From Nibricoccus sp. (GTDB taxonomy: Bacteria > Verrucomicrobiota > Verrucomicrobiia > Opitutales > Opitutaceae), in assembly GCA_047602425.1 (NCBI GenBank), contig JASGHG010000001.1, positions 2,656,001-2,720,000 on the forward strand: a DNA stretch of 64,000 bases. The letters run 5' to 3'. A program made the position numbers and the translations under genes. Under the pieces are notes generated by a model. The model was not told the DNA's origin. It did not search any database and saw only the letters and a list, made by a program, of their open reading frames with translations. This document shows positions 35,595-45,687 of this stretch, piece after piece (position 1 is the stretch's first letter; each line of letters begins with the position of its first letter).

Positions 35595-38066
35595 ATGACG
35601 AAATCATTTCTTTGGCGGGCGATGGCAACCGTCGCCATTTTGAACGTCTCGAACGCTTCGCTGCGAGCCAGTGAGGCAAACATCAAAATCCCCGACTTCA
35701 GCGGCGTTTCGTTCGACCTCCTCGGTCAGCGAATCAGTGGTCACGGCGTTCTGATGGCTGGCTTGGTGGTATGTGTGCTCGGCTGCTTGTTTGGCGTTTG
35801 GCAATACTTGCAGACGAAGCGCCTGCCGGTGCACGTGAGCATGGCGGCGGTTTCGCAGGTGATCTGGGAAACGTGCAAGACCTACCTCGCGCAGCAGGGG
35901 AAATTCCTAATCGGGCTATGGGGCGTGATCGCAGTCTGTATAGTTTATTATTTCGCCGGGTTGGAAAAAGAGCCGGTGGGCCACGTGGCGATCATTCTTG
36001 CGGCGTCGGTGCTGGGGATTCTGGGAAGTTACGGTGTCGCTTGGTTCGGCATTCGCATCAACACCATCGCCAACTCGCGCACGGCCTTTTCGGCGTTGCA
36101 GGGAAATCCGCTGCGCACGCTCGGCATTCCGCTCCGCTCGGGCATGAGCGTGGGCCTGCTTCTCGTATCGATTGAACTGCTTTTCATGATCTGCATTCTG
36201 GCGTTTGTCCCTCGTGACGTTGCCGGTGCGTGTTTTGTCGGCTTCGCGATTGGCGAATCGCTGGGTGCGAGTGCGCTGCGCATCTGCGGCGGAATTTTCA
36301 CAAAGATCGCGGACATCGGTGCGGATTTGATGAAGATCGTTTTCAATCTTCCCGAAGACGACCCGCGAAATCCCGGCGTGATCGCTGATTGCACGGGTGA
36401 CAACGCCGGCGACTCCGTTGGCCCTACGGCCGACGGTTTCGAGACGTATGGCGTGACGGGCGTTGCGTTGATTGCATTCCTGGCGCTCGCGCTTTCCTCA
36501 GCGGACAGCCAGCCCTTGTGCGCGACGCTGATCATCTGGTTGTTCGCGATGCGCATCCTGATGGTGCTCACCTCGCTGGTTTCATACGCGATGAACGAGG
36601 CGATGAGCAAGCTGCTCTTCGCCGGTTCACGTGACTTTAACCTGGAACAACCGCTAACGCATCTCGTGTGGCTGACGTCGGTCGTTTCAGTGCTGGTCAC
36701 TTTTGCGGCAAGTTACCTGTTGCTCGCCGATATACCGGGGCACGCGGGCATGTGGTGGGTGCTATCGTTTATCATTTCGCTCGGCACGATCGCGGGTGCG
36801 GTGATACCGGAGTTTACGAAGGCCTTCACCAGCACGGAATCGCGGCACGTGAAGGAAATCGTCACTTCGTCACGACAAGGCGGCGCGTCGCTCAATATCC
36901 TCTCGGGCTTCGTGGCGGGAAATTTCTCCGGCTTCTGGATCGGGCTGACGATTCTCGGGCTGATGACGGGCGCGTATTTCTTCAGTCAGAATCCTGCGGT
37001 TTCGGCGATCATGCCGGGCGACATCGGATTTGCGGCACCGATTTTTGCCTTCGGTCTTGTCGCTTTCGGTTTTCTCGGCATGGGCCCGGTGACGATCGCG
37101 GTCGACAGTTTCGGCCCGGTGACGGACAACGCTCAATCTGTTTACGAACTAAGCCAGATCGAGACACGGCCGGGCATCGCGGATGAGATTAAAAAAGATT
37201 TTGGTTTCGTACCCGACTTCGAACAGGCGAAATACCAGCTCGAAAAAGGCGATGGTGCGGGCAACACCTTCAAGGCAACAGCCAAACCAGTGCTTATCGG
37301 TACGGCGGTGGTTGGCGCGACGACGATGGTATTCGGCATCATCCTGATGTTGCAGCAGGTCTACGGTAGCGCCATCGAGAAGCTCTCGCTCGTGCACGCG
37401 GGACCGATCCTCGGGCTGCTGACGGGCGGCGCGGTGATTTACTGGTTCACGGGAGCGAGCACGCAGGCGGTGGTGACGGGTGCGTATCGCGCGGTCGTCT
37501 ACATCAAGCGCAACATGCGGCTCGATGCCACGACGGCGTCGACCGAAGCGTCGAAGGAAGTCGTGCGCATTTGCACGCAGTACGCGCAACGCGGCATGGT
37601 GAACATTTTTGTCGTGGTGTTTTGCTTCGCGCTCGCGCTGGCGTTTTTCGATTCGTTTTTCTTCATCGGCTACCTGATCGGCATCGCGTTTTTCGGATTG
37701 TTCCAGGCGATCTTCATGGCGAACGGTGGCGGCGCTTGGGACAACGCAAAGAAAATCGTCGAGGTGGAGTTGAAGCAAAAGCATACGCCACTTCATGCTG
37801 CGACAGTAGTCGGCGACACGGTGGGCGATCCGTTCAAGGACACGTCCTCGGTTTCGCTCAATCCGGTGATAAAGTTCACGACACTCTTCGGCCTGCTCGC
37901 GGTGGAGATTGCGGTGAAAATGGAAAACCTCACCGTGCGCTACTCCATCGGCGCGGCGATCCTGGCGGTCGCGCTAATTTTTGTTTACCGCAGTTTCTAC
38001 AGCATGCGCATCCCCGAAGACCCGACCGACGACGCTGCCGCGAAGGCGATGATGAAGCCGCAGTGA
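35595..38066 (+). CDS. hppA: Membrane-bound ion-translocating pyrophosphatase (divergent type)
   Basis: GGIFTKIADIGADL, DCTGDNAGD, FGPVTDNA, GNTFKA, GGAWDNAKK, GDTVGDPFKDT. Confidence 0.93.
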   Translation: MTKSFLWRAMATVAILNVSNASLRASEANIKIPDFSGVSFDLLGQRISGHGVLMAGLVVCVLGCLFGVWQYLQTKRLPVHVSMAAVSQVIWETCKTYLAQQGKFLIGLWGVIAVCIVYYFAGLEKEPVGHVAIILAASVLGILGSYGVAWFGIRINTIANSRTAFSALQGNPLRTLGIPLRSGMSVGLLLVSIELLFMICILAFVPRDVAGACFVGFAIGESLGASALRICGGIFTKIADIGADLMKIVFNLPEDDPRNPGVIADCTGDNAGDSVGPTADGFETYGVTGVALIAFLALALSSADSQPLCATLIIWLFAMRILMVLTSLVSYAMNEAMSKLLFAGSRDFNLEQPLTHLVWLTSVVSVLVTFAASYLLLADIPGHAGMWWVLSFIISLGTIAGAVIPEFTKAFTSTESRHVKEIVTSSRQGGASLNILSGFVAGNFSGFWIGLTILGLMTGAYFFSQNPAVSAIMPGDIGFAAPIFAFGLVAFGFLGMGPVTIAVDSFGPVTDNAQSVYELSQIETRPGIADEIKKDFGFVPDFEQAKYQLEKGDGAGNTFKATAKPVLIGTAVVGATTMVFGIILMLQQVYGSAIEKLSLVHAGPILGLLTGGAVIYWFTGASTQAVVTGAYRAVVYIKRNMRLDATTASTEASKEVVRICTQYAQRGMVNIFVVVFCFALALAFFDSFFFIGYLIGIAFFGLFQAIFMANGGGAWDNAKKIVEVELKQKHTPLHAATVVGDTVGDPFKDTSSVSLNPVIKFTTLFGLLAVEIAVKMENLTVRYSIGAAILAVALIFVYRSFYSMRIPEDPTDDAAAKAMMKPQ

Positions 38067-38097
38067 CGAAACGCGAAGTAGCGCACGTTTTTTTTCG

Positions 38098-38265
38098 GAG
38101 TTACACAGAGCGCACAGGAGAAAAACCGGAGAGCAGAGAGGCTCGCTGGTTGGTTTGGAGTCTATCGGACAGACTTCACCCGGAGGATGAAGGGGGTGTG
38201 TTTCTAAATTCCACTCTCCAACTCTCTGTGGCCTCTGTGTCCGAACTCAGTGCACTCTGTGACTC
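38098..38265. repeat. Imperfect long inverted repeat built from CACAGAG/CTCTGTG units
   Basis: GAGTTACACAGAGCGCAC...CAGAGAG versus CTCTCTGTGG.CTCTGTG...GTGCACTCTGTGACTC, between convergent genes. Confidence 0.6.
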
Positions 38266-38283
38266 AACTTCTGAAGCTTGATT

Positions 38284-39435
38284 TCAAACGTTGCTCAGCC
38301 CGGCCTTCATCCGGCGCAAGGCTTCGGTGAGCGTCGCACGCGGGCAGCCGAAGTTGATGCGGATGTGTTTGCCGCGCGGGGAACCGAAAAACGAACCGTC
38401 GGACAGGCCTACGCCATGTTGTTCGAAGTGGGCGATCGGGTCGGCGAGGCCGAGGGCTTCGACGTTGAGCCAGGCGAGGTACGTCGCCTCGATCGGCGCT
38501 TCGATTTTCACACCGGGCAGTTCGCGCGCGAGGAAATCAAAAATGAAATCACGGTTGCCACGGAGGTAACCGAGGAGTTCCTGGCGCCAGGGTTCGCTGT
38601 CGCGATAGGCGGCTTCGCAGGCGGCGAAACCAAGCGTGGTGACTTCGGCGACGATGCCGGCGGTCGCGCGCACGAAGGTGGCGCGGAGTTTCGGGTCACT
38701 GATAATCGCAATCGACGTGCCGAGGCCGGGGACGTTGTAGGTCTTGCTCGGCGCCATGAGCGTGATGGTGCGCGCGGCGATCTCCGGGCTGATGAGGCCG
38801 GTCGGGATGTGCTGGATGTCGTCGAGGATCAGGTCGCAGTGAATCTCGTCGGAGCAGAGGATGAGATTGTGACGCAGACAGAAATTGGCGATGCGTTCCA
38901 GTTCGTCACGGCGGAACACGCGCGCGACCGGGTTGTGCGGGTTGCAAAGAAAAAAGAGTTTCGTGCGTGGCGTAACGGCGCGCTCCATTGCGTCCCAGTC
39001 GATTTCCCACCGGCCGTTGCTCAGCGCCAATGGCACGGTGAGGGCTTTGCGACCGGAGTTGCGCGGTGCGGTCATGAACGGCGGGTAGACCGGCGTGTTG
39101 CAGAGTACTTCATCGCCGGGCTCGGCAAAGGCCTGCGCGGTGACGTTAAGGCCGACGACCAACCCGGGCAGCCAGACGAGCCACGATGGGTCGACGGTCC
39201 AGCCGTAGCGGCGTTGCAGGCCGGTGACGACGGCTTCGACTTCGGATTTGGTCGGACGCGCGTAGCCAAAAATACCATGATCGACGCGACGGTGGAGCGC
39301 CTCGATCACGGCGGGCGGCGAACGAAAATCCATGTCGGCCACCCAGAGCGGGAGGATGTCGCGGCCTTCGTATTTTTGCCATTTCTGCGAATCGGTGCCG
39401 AGGCGTTGCGGGACGGTGTCGAAGTCAAAGCGCAT
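38284..39435 (-). CDS. PatB/MalY-family PLP-dependent C-S lyase
   Basis: LPLWVADMDF, LCNPHNP, SDEIHCD, APSKTYN, ATYLAWL, RINFGCP. Confidence 0.93.
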   Translation of the reverse strand: MRFDFDTVPQRLGTDSQKWQKYEGRDILPLWVADMDFRSPPAVIEALHRRVDHGIFGYARPTKSEVEAVVTGLQRRYGWTVDPSWLVWLPGLVVGLNVTAQAFAEPGDEVLCNTPVYPPFMTAPRNSGRKALTVPLALSNGRWEIDWDAMERAVTPRTKLFFLCNPHNPVARVFRRDELERIANFCLRHNLILCSDEIHCDLILDDIQHIPTGLISPEIAARTITLMAPSKTYNVPGLGTSIAIISDPKLRATFVRATAGIVAEVTTLGFAACEAAYRDSEPWRQELLGYLRGNRDFIFDFLARELPGVKIEAPIEATYLAWLNVEALGLADPIAHFEQHGVGLSDGSFFGSPRGKHIRINFGCPRATLTEALRRMKAGLSNV

Positions 39436-39607
39436 GAAAAGGCATCACGGGTATGACATCGGAAGGCATTGCGCAACCCGGCTCTCTGCAAAGTGTGCCG
39501 CGATTGCCCGGGTGAGACGTCACACTCTTGGACAAATTTTCCCGGCACACTCTGTGGCGGCGAAATCAAGTCGCGGAAATACGGCGACTTGCGCAGCTGG
39601 CTGAGGT

Positions 39608-39623
39608 CGGCATTGCGCGAGCT
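39608..39623 (+). promoter_or_regulatory. Candidate sigma54 promoter of hsp20 pair
   Basis: CGGCATTGCGCGAGCT = GG-N10-GC. Confidence 0.4.
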
Positions 39624-39677
39624 ATAGGGAGAAATCGTTAAAACCAACAACACTTAAAACAACCAGGAGACAATACT

Positions 39678-40133
39678 ATGAGACTCGTTCGTTACACTTA
39701 TCCAACCACCCGCACTTTGGCCCCGGTTTTCGGTTCCGCGTTTCGGAACCCGTGGTCGGGGTTGGAGAGCGAGATTGATCGCATGTTCGAAAGCGCGTTG
39801 GGCGACTTCGTTGGCGCCGCCGCCGCCCCGGACCGTTTCCCGGTCGATTTGTACGAGGACAGGGACAACACCTACGTCCGCGCCGAACTTCCGGGCATCG
39901 ACAAAGCCGATATCAATGTCGAAATGGTCGACGACTTTCTGACCATCAACGCTACTCGCAAAACCAAGGAAGGCGACAAGGAGGAATCCTTTTCCTTCAG
40001 CCGTTCGGTGAATATTCCGGGTGACGTGCAGTCCGACAAGGTCGCTGCCGCGTACGAAAACGGGGTGCTGACCGTGACGCTGCCGAAACGCGAGGAAGCC
40101 AAGCCGCGCAAAATCAGCGTAAACGTCAACTAA
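39678..40133 (+). CDS. Hsp20/alpha-crystallin protein
   Basis: PVDLYE, RAELPG, FSRSV.IP, A.YENGVL.VTLPK, ISV tail; AGGAG RBS. Confidence 0.95.
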   Translation: MRLVRYTYPTTRTLAPVFGSAFRNPWSGLESEIDRMFESALGDFVGAAAAPDRFPVDLYEDRDNTYVRAELPGIDKADINVEMVDDFLTINATRKTKEGDKEESFSFSRSVNIPGDVQSDKVAAAYENGVLTVTLPKREEAKPRKISVNVN

Positions 40134-40179
40134 ACCCAGCGACGACAACCAACGAACTATTAACAAGGAGAAAATTACC

Positions 40180-40584
40180 ATGTCACTGCTCACTTCCATC
40201 ATTCCCTCGCTCAACCGCACTGTCGCCGGCAACGCCAGCGGCGAAACGAAAGCCGCCACGCCGGCGATCAAGCCGCTCTACGAAGTCAAGGAGACGGCCG
40301 ACGCGTTTGGCCTGACGGTTCAATTGCCCGGCGTCGCGAAGGACGGCCTGTCGATCACCGCCGAGGCCGACACGCTGACCATCCGCGGTGAACGCGGTTG
40401 GAAACGTCCGGCGGGCTGGACCTCGCTTTACCGCGAATCGTCTGATCTGGCCTACGAGTTGACGCTCGAACACGACAATTCGGTCGACGTCGACAAGATC
40501 CATGCGGAACTGCGCGATGGCGTGCTTCGTGTTTCGCTGCCGAAGACCGAAGCCCGCAAACCGCGCAAGATCGCGGTCGGATAA
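40180..40584 (+). CDS. Hsp20/alpha-crystallin protein
   Basis: LPGV, I.AEL.DGVL.V.LPK...PRKIAV; AAGGAG RBS. Confidence 0.93.
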   Translation: MSLLTSIIPSLNRTVAGNASGETKAATPAIKPLYEVKETADAFGLTVQLPGVAKDGLSITAEADTLTIRGERGWKRPAGWTSLYRESSDLAYELTLEHDNSVDVDKIHAELRDGVLRVSLPKTEARKPRKIAVG

Positions 40585-40616
40585 ACTCAGACTGAAACCA
40601 ACCCTTATAAACAAAG

Positions 40617-40645
40617 GCCGGCTTCCCTCGGGACAGCCGGCTTTT
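40617..40645 (+). terminator. Intrinsic terminator after hsp20 pair
   Basis: GCCGGCT...AGCCGGC-TTTT. Confidence 0.7.
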
Positions 40646-40683
40646 GCATTGCGGTCGCAGAAGGAGATAGGAATTATCGGAAC

Positions 40684-41325
40684 ATGGATTCCGACGCATA
40701 TCTACCAATTGCGATTTTTGGAGCGGTCATCGTCGCCATAGCATTTATTACGCTTTATCAGACCAAAAAGGCGGGAGAAAATCTGGCGGCGCTGGCCCAG
40801 CGTTTAGGTCTGACTCTCAAAACGACCGGGAAATTTTTTAAGAAGCACTCCTTGGTGGGCGAGCTTCGGGGGAAACAAGCTGAAGTTTTTTCCTATACCA
40901 CGGGGGCCGGAAAATCGCGGCGCACCTGGGCGGCGATGGCGGTCACCGTGGGAAAAACAGGCGGGCTTACCTTTTCATTGGAACGGAGGGTGGCCTTTCT
41001 CGATTTCTTTGCGCGCGCCTTTCGGAGAAACGAAGTGAAGACGGGCGATGAAATTTTCGATCGACAATGGTTGTTGAAGACGAACCGGCCGGAGTTGATG
41101 CAAGCCATCTTGTTGCCGGAATTGCGGCAGAAGCTCACGTCTTTCCTGGGCAGCGGCGCCACCTCGCCGAGTTTCAAACTGGAGACTTATCGGGTCCAAT
41201 ATTCCGAGCAGGGGTCCTTCAGCAGCGATAAAGTGTGTCAGCGCATTGCGACGGGCGCCGACATACTCTGTGAGTTGGCGGACATCGTCGAAGTGACCGC
41301 GGAGATGAAAAATACGACCAATTGA
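40684..41325 (+). CDS. Hypothetical protein with N-terminal membrane anchor
   Basis: 213-aa ORF; single N-terminal TM helix. Confidence 0.7.
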   Translation: MDSDAYLPIAIFGAVIVAIAFITLYQTKKAGENLAALAQRLGLTLKTTGKFFKKHSLVGELRGKQAEVFSYTTGAGKSRRTWAAMAVTVGKTGGLTFSLERRVAFLDFFARAFRRNEVKTGDEIFDRQWLLKTNRPELMQAILLPELRQKLTSFLGSGATSPSFKLETYRVQYSEQGSFSSDKVCQRIATGADILCELADIVEVTAEMKNTTN

Positions 41326-41337
41326 GTAGCGTGTCGG

Positions 41338-41760
41338 GTGGAAGTTTCCGGACCGGTTTTATTTTTCGACGGCGAATGTGGACTTTGTGCACGGTGCGTG
41401 CGGCTGCTGCTGGCGGTGGACCGGAAAAAACGGCTGACGTTCGCAAGGTTGCAGGGCGAGGTCGCGCGGGATTTTTTGCGTGAGCGTGGACTGGCGACGG
41501 ATGATTTCGAGAGCGCGATTTTTGTGAGGAATTGGGAGCTCCGGGGTGACCTGGCGCCGGTTTTTAAAACCGATGCATTGCTCGCCGCGCTTGGTGCGGT
41601 CGGCGGGTTGTGGCGGATTTTCCTTTGTCTGAAACTGCTGCCGCGTCGATGGCGCGACGCGTTTTATGACGCGGTGGCGCGGCGACGTTTGCAGTTTTTT
41701 ACTCCCGTGAACGGCTCGCATTTATCGGCGACGCCTCAACAGGATCGCTTCCTGCCATGA
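41338..41760 (+). CDS. DCC-family thiol-disulfide oxidoreductase
   Basis: FFDGECGLC, LQG, RD.FY..VA..R. Confidence 0.9.
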   Translation: MEVSGPVLFFDGECGLCARCVRLLLAVDRKKRLTFARLQGEVARDFLRERGLATDDFESAIFVRNWELRGDLAPVFKTDALLAALGAVGGLWRIFLCLKLLPRRWRDAFYDAVARRRLQFFTPVNGSHLSATPQQDRFLP

Positions 41761-41827
41761 GAGCGTAGCGCGGCGATCAATGGCCCGGTTGCTGGACAAA
41801 ACGGCGACTTCGCATAGCATGCGGGCC

Positions 41828-42481
41828 ATGAGCAGACTGCTGAACCATTTGTTTGAACAAAACCAAGCGTGGGCGGAAAATATCCGCGCACAGGATCCGG
41901 AGTTTTTTCAAAAACTCTCGCGCCAGCAGTCGCCCGAGTATCTATGGATTGGTTGTGCTGACAGTCGCGTGCCGGCGAACGAAATTGTGAACCTTTTGCC
42001 AGGCGAATTGTTTGTGCATCGCAATGTCGCGAACGTGGTGGTTCATACGGATTTGAACTGTCTGTCGGTGATGCAATTCGCGGTGGATGTCTTGAAGGTG
42101 AAACACATCATGGTGGTCGGGCATTATGGCTGCAGCGGTGTGCGCTCGGCCATGCGCTGTGAGAGGATTGGCCTGGCTGACAATTGGCTGCGTCACGTGC
42201 AGGATGTCTGCGACAAGCATGAGAATTGCCTCCGGGCGTTGCCGAACGAGGCCACCCGCTATGACCGGCTTTGCGAGCTGAACGTCATCGAGCAGGTGCG
42301 CAATGTCACGCAAACCTCGATTGTGCGCGATGCTTGGGAGCGCAATCAGCAGCTTGCGGTGCACGGCTGGATCTACGGCGTCAAAGACGGATTGTTGCGC
42401 GATCTGAAAGTCACCACCACGAAAGCGAGCGAGGCGGACGCAGGCTACCGCATGGCGATTGCGGCGGCCTACACCGGATAG
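41828..42481 (+). CDS. can: Beta-class carbonic anhydrase
   Basis: WIGCADSRVP, GELFVHRNVAN, GHYGCSG. Confidence 0.95.
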   Translation: MSRLLNHLFEQNQAWAENIRAQDPEFFQKLSRQQSPEYLWIGCADSRVPANEIVNLLPGELFVHRNVANVVVHTDLNCLSVMQFAVDVLKVKHIMVVGHYGCSGVRSAMRCERIGLADNWLRHVQDVCDKHENCLRALPNEATRYDRLCELNVIEQVRNVTQTSIVRDAWERNQQLAVHGWIYGVKDGLLRDLKVTTTKASEADAGYRMAIAAAYTG

Positions 42482-42543
42482 CGCGATTTTCTTCGCGCGA
42501 GGAGTTGACTCCACACCCGGGGCGCACACACAAGGGCGTTTCC

Positions 42544-43854
42544 ATGAAACGGCTCAGAATTTTCGCCAGCTGCTTTGTGCTCCTCATTTTGCCGGTTTGC
42601 GCCGGCGCTTTATTCGGTGCGGAAGAAGCCGCAGCTCCGACCCCAACGCCGCCCGCCGCGGATCAAACGGCGGCAATGAACAATGCGGTCGCCGCGGCGG
42701 TGACTTACCCGGTTGCACAGCAGGCGCGGACCGCGCCGGATTTTCTCGAACATCTGGTCGACGTGGTTCTGGAGGCTTTCAACGTCTCCAGCAGCGGAAA
42801 CACCACGATGCACTATGTGATCAGTGTGCTTTTTTTGGTGGGTTCGTTCTTGTTGCGGCACGCGGTGACGAAGATCTTTTTTGCCTTTCTTAAAAAGTTC
42901 GCGGCGCGCACGCAGACGACGCTCGACGATAAACTTTTCCCCGCGTTGGAAGCTCCGGTTGCTTCGTTGATCTCGGTCACTGGTTTGTTTGCGGCGTTGA
43001 AAGTCCTGAAGCTTTCGCCCCAGGCGGATCACGCGATTGGTTATGGTTCGACCGTCGCCTTCTCCCTGGTGATTTTCTGGGGACTGCTGCGTGCGCTCAA
43101 TGCCATGCTCGATCATGCGCACGAAGTGGCGACGCAGAAACAGATGGGCATCGCGGCCTTCATGCCGTGGATCAAGAAGACGCTGGTGGCGATCTTCGTC
43201 GTGGTCGGCGCGCTGATGGTGATCCAAAGCCTGGGCTACAACGTATCGACGTTGCTGCAAGGCTTGGGCATCGGCGGTCTCGCTTTCGCCCTCGCCGCGC
43301 AGGACACGATTGCCAATCTTTTTGGCTCGCTTGTGGTGGCGACCGATCAGCCATTCAAGCTCGGCGAAACCATCCGGGTATCGGGACACACCGGCACGGT
43401 CGAAGACATTGGCCTGCGTTCCACAAAAATCCGGCTCGCCGACAAATCGCTCGTGGTGGTTCCCAATAAAATGATGGCAACCGAGGCGATTGTGAACCTC
43501 TCGCGTTTCACCCAGCGGCGCGTGGAGGTGGTCGTTGGTTTGACCTATGACACGACACCGGAACAAATGGAGACGATCTTGGCGGATCTACGCGCGCTGT
43601 TGGCGGCGGAAGAGGGCGTGGTGAAGGACACGTTCGACGTGTATTTCACCGAGTTCGGTGGGTCGTCGATGAACATCCAGATGATTTTTCACACGGCCAA
43701 CCCGGATTACCGGAAACACCTCGCGTTGCGCGAGCGCCTCAATTTGAAAATCCTGCGCGCGGTCGCCGCACGCGGTTTGTCGATGGCATTCCCTACGCAG
43801 ACTGTGATCCTCGACGGCCCCGTGGCAAAGCAACTGGCGGCAAAGAAAGACTGA
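42544..43854 (+). CDS. MscS-family mechanosensitive channel
   Basis: GLGIGGLAFALAAQDT, PFKLG..I, G.VEDIGLRST, VPN. Confidence 0.93.
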   Translation: MKRLRIFASCFVLLILPVCAGALFGAEEAAAPTPTPPAADQTAAMNNAVAAAVTYPVAQQARTAPDFLEHLVDVVLEAFNVSSSGNTTMHYVISVLFLVGSFLLRHAVTKIFFAFLKKFAARTQTTLDDKLFPALEAPVASLISVTGLFAALKVLKLSPQADHAIGYGSTVAFSLVIFWGLLRALNAMLDHAHEVATQKQMGIAAFMPWIKKTLVAIFVVVGALMVIQSLGYNVSTLLQGLGIGGLAFALAAQDTIANLFGSLVVATDQPFKLGETIRVSGHTGTVEDIGLRSTKIRLADKSLVVVPNKMMATEAIVNLSRFTQRRVEVVVGLTYDTTPEQMETILADLRALLAAEEGVVKDTFDVYFTEFGGSSMNIQMIFHTANPDYRKHLALRERLNLKILRAVAARGLSMAFPTQTVILDGPVAKQLAAKKD

Positions 43855-43906
43855 GCCGCTGGATTAAAGACTGGTTGGTTCGCAATCGGTCTTTTAAAAC
43901 ATCCCG

Positions 43907-45289
43907 ATGATTCCGCAGGCCCAGGTCAAAAACGAGATCGCCGCGCTGATTGCCCGAAAGGATTTTGGCGGGCTCAAAAAATATTTGGAGCCCTGGCTGC
44001 CCCTCGATCTGGCGCCTTTGCTGGCGGAACTTACCGTGGAGGAATTGGCGGCATTGTTTCGTTGCTCAACGAAAGAAGTCGCCGCGGCGACGTTTGGGTA
44101 TTTGTCGACGGAGGGTCAGCACAAGTTGATCAAGTTGCTGAGCCAGGAACAGGCCGCGGCGTTGTTGAACGCGCTGCCTCCCGACGACCGCACCGCTTTT
44201 CTCAACGAGATGCCGCTCGACGTGGCGATGCAGATGCTGTCGTTGCTCTCGCCCGAGGAGCGGCAGGTTGCCCAGGAATTGCTCGCCTACCCGGAGAATA
44301 GCGTCGGGCGCATGATGACCCTCGATTATGTCGCGGTGCGGCCCGAGTGGACGGTGCGCGAGGCGCTCGAATACATCCGCACCCACGGTTACGACCGCGA
44401 GACCCTCAATCTCATCTACGTCGTCGATGAACACGGACGTTTGATAGACGACATTCGCGTGAGGCGGTTCCTGCTCGCCTCGCCGGAGACGCCCGTTGCG
44501 AAACTCATGGACGGAAATTATCCCATGCTTTCCGCCACGGACGACCGGGAGAAAGCGTTGGAGCTTTTCAGGAAATTCGACCGCGTCGCTTTGCCGGTGA
44601 CGGATGATTCGGGTCGATTGGTGGGCATCGTTACATTTGACGACATTCTCGATGTCGCCTCCGAGGAGGCCACGGAAGACATCCAAAAGTTGGGCGGCAG
44701 CGAAGCCCTCGATGAGCCGTACACAACGATCTCGCTCGCCAAGATGGTGAAGAAACGGGCGAGTTGGCTGGTGGTTTTGTTTCTCGGCGAAATGCTGACC
44801 GCCACGGCGATGAGCTATTTCGAGGACGAGATCGCCAAGGCCGTCGTTCTCGCGCTCTTTGTTCCTCTGGTGATTAGTTCGGGTGGCAATGCCGGATCGC
44901 AGGCCGCGACGCTGGTCATTCGTTCGCTCGCGCTTGGCGAATTCACCTTGGGACAATGGTGGCGCGTGATGCGCCGCGAACTCGCGGCGGGCTTCATGCT
45001 CGGCGTGATTCTGGGTTTGATTGGATTTCTGCGGATCGTGATCTGGTCGCGATTTAGTGACATCTACGGTCCTCACTGGCTTCTCGTCGGAGCGACGGTG
45101 GGCTGCGCCTTGGTGGGCATCGTGCTTTGGGGTTCGCTCACAGGATCGATGCTGCCGCTGTTGCTCAAGCGCCTGGGTTTCGATCCCGCAACATCTTCCG
45201 CGCCCTTTGTGGCTACGCTGGTCGACGTGACGGGTCTCGTCATTTATTTCTCGGTCGCCTTTTTCTTCATGCGCGGCGTGTTGCTTTAA
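43907..45289 (+). CDS. mgtE: Magnesium transporter MgtE
   Basis: N-domain + CBS pair; GGNAGSQ, DPA..SAPFVATLVD. Confidence 0.95.
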   Translation: MIPQAQVKNEIAALIARKDFGGLKKYLEPWLPLDLAPLLAELTVEELAALFRCSTKEVAAATFGYLSTEGQHKLIKLLSQEQAAALLNALPPDDRTAFLNEMPLDVAMQMLSLLSPEERQVAQELLAYPENSVGRMMTLDYVAVRPEWTVREALEYIRTHGYDRETLNLIYVVDEHGRLIDDIRVRRFLLASPETPVAKLMDGNYPMLSATDDREKALELFRKFDRVALPVTDDSGRLVGIVTFDDILDVASEEATEDIQKLGGSEALDEPYTTISLAKMVKKRASWLVVLFLGEMLTATAMSYFEDEIAKAVVLALFVPLVISSGGNAGSQAATLVIRSLALGEFTLGQWWRVMRRELAAGFMLGVILGLIGFLRIVIWSRFSDIYGPHWLLVGATVGCALVGIVLWGSLTGSMLPLLLKRLGFDPATSSAPFVATLVDVTGLVIYFSVAFFFMRGVLL

Positions 45290-45295
45290 AAACGA

Positions 45296-45322
45296 AAGCC
45301 GGCTCTCGCGAGAAAGCCGGCC
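45296..45322. terminator. Hairpin between convergent mgtE and RRM gene
   Basis: AAGCCGGCT-CTCGCGAGAA-AGCCGGC. Confidence 0.6.
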
Positions 45323-45347
45323 TCGGTTCTGCAAAATCCTGCGCGCT

Positions 45348-45687
45348 TCAACGGCGGAAATTCCGCTCGTTGCGTGGACTGCCGCGGAATCCTGAACGCG
45401 AATCGTTCCCACCCGAGAAGGCTCGTGCCGGACGGTCTTCGCGTGGACGCGCTTCATTGACGGTCAGGTTGCGTCCGCCAAGATCGGCGCCGTTGAATTT
45501 TTCGACGACTTTGCGCGCATCCTCCGGCGTCGCCATGCTCACGAAGGCGAATCCGCGAGGGCGGTCCGGTGAACTTGTCGAAAACCATTTCGACCGAGGA
45601 CACTGCGCCAGTGGCACCAAACAAGTCTTCAATTTCCTGGGCGGTCGTGGAAAACGGCAAGTTTCCCACGTAGAGCTTGCTAGTCAT
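45348..45687 (-). pseudogene. RRM RNA-binding protein split by a one-base insertion (probably a sequencing error)
   Basis: RNP2 LYVGNL in one frame and RNP1 RGFAFV in another; removing one G at 45563-45564 gives [13 protein letters not shown]. Confidence 0.85.

Noticed and set aside
43855..43906. M-box riboswitch before mgtE
   Set aside because: Only 52 bp of intergenic space
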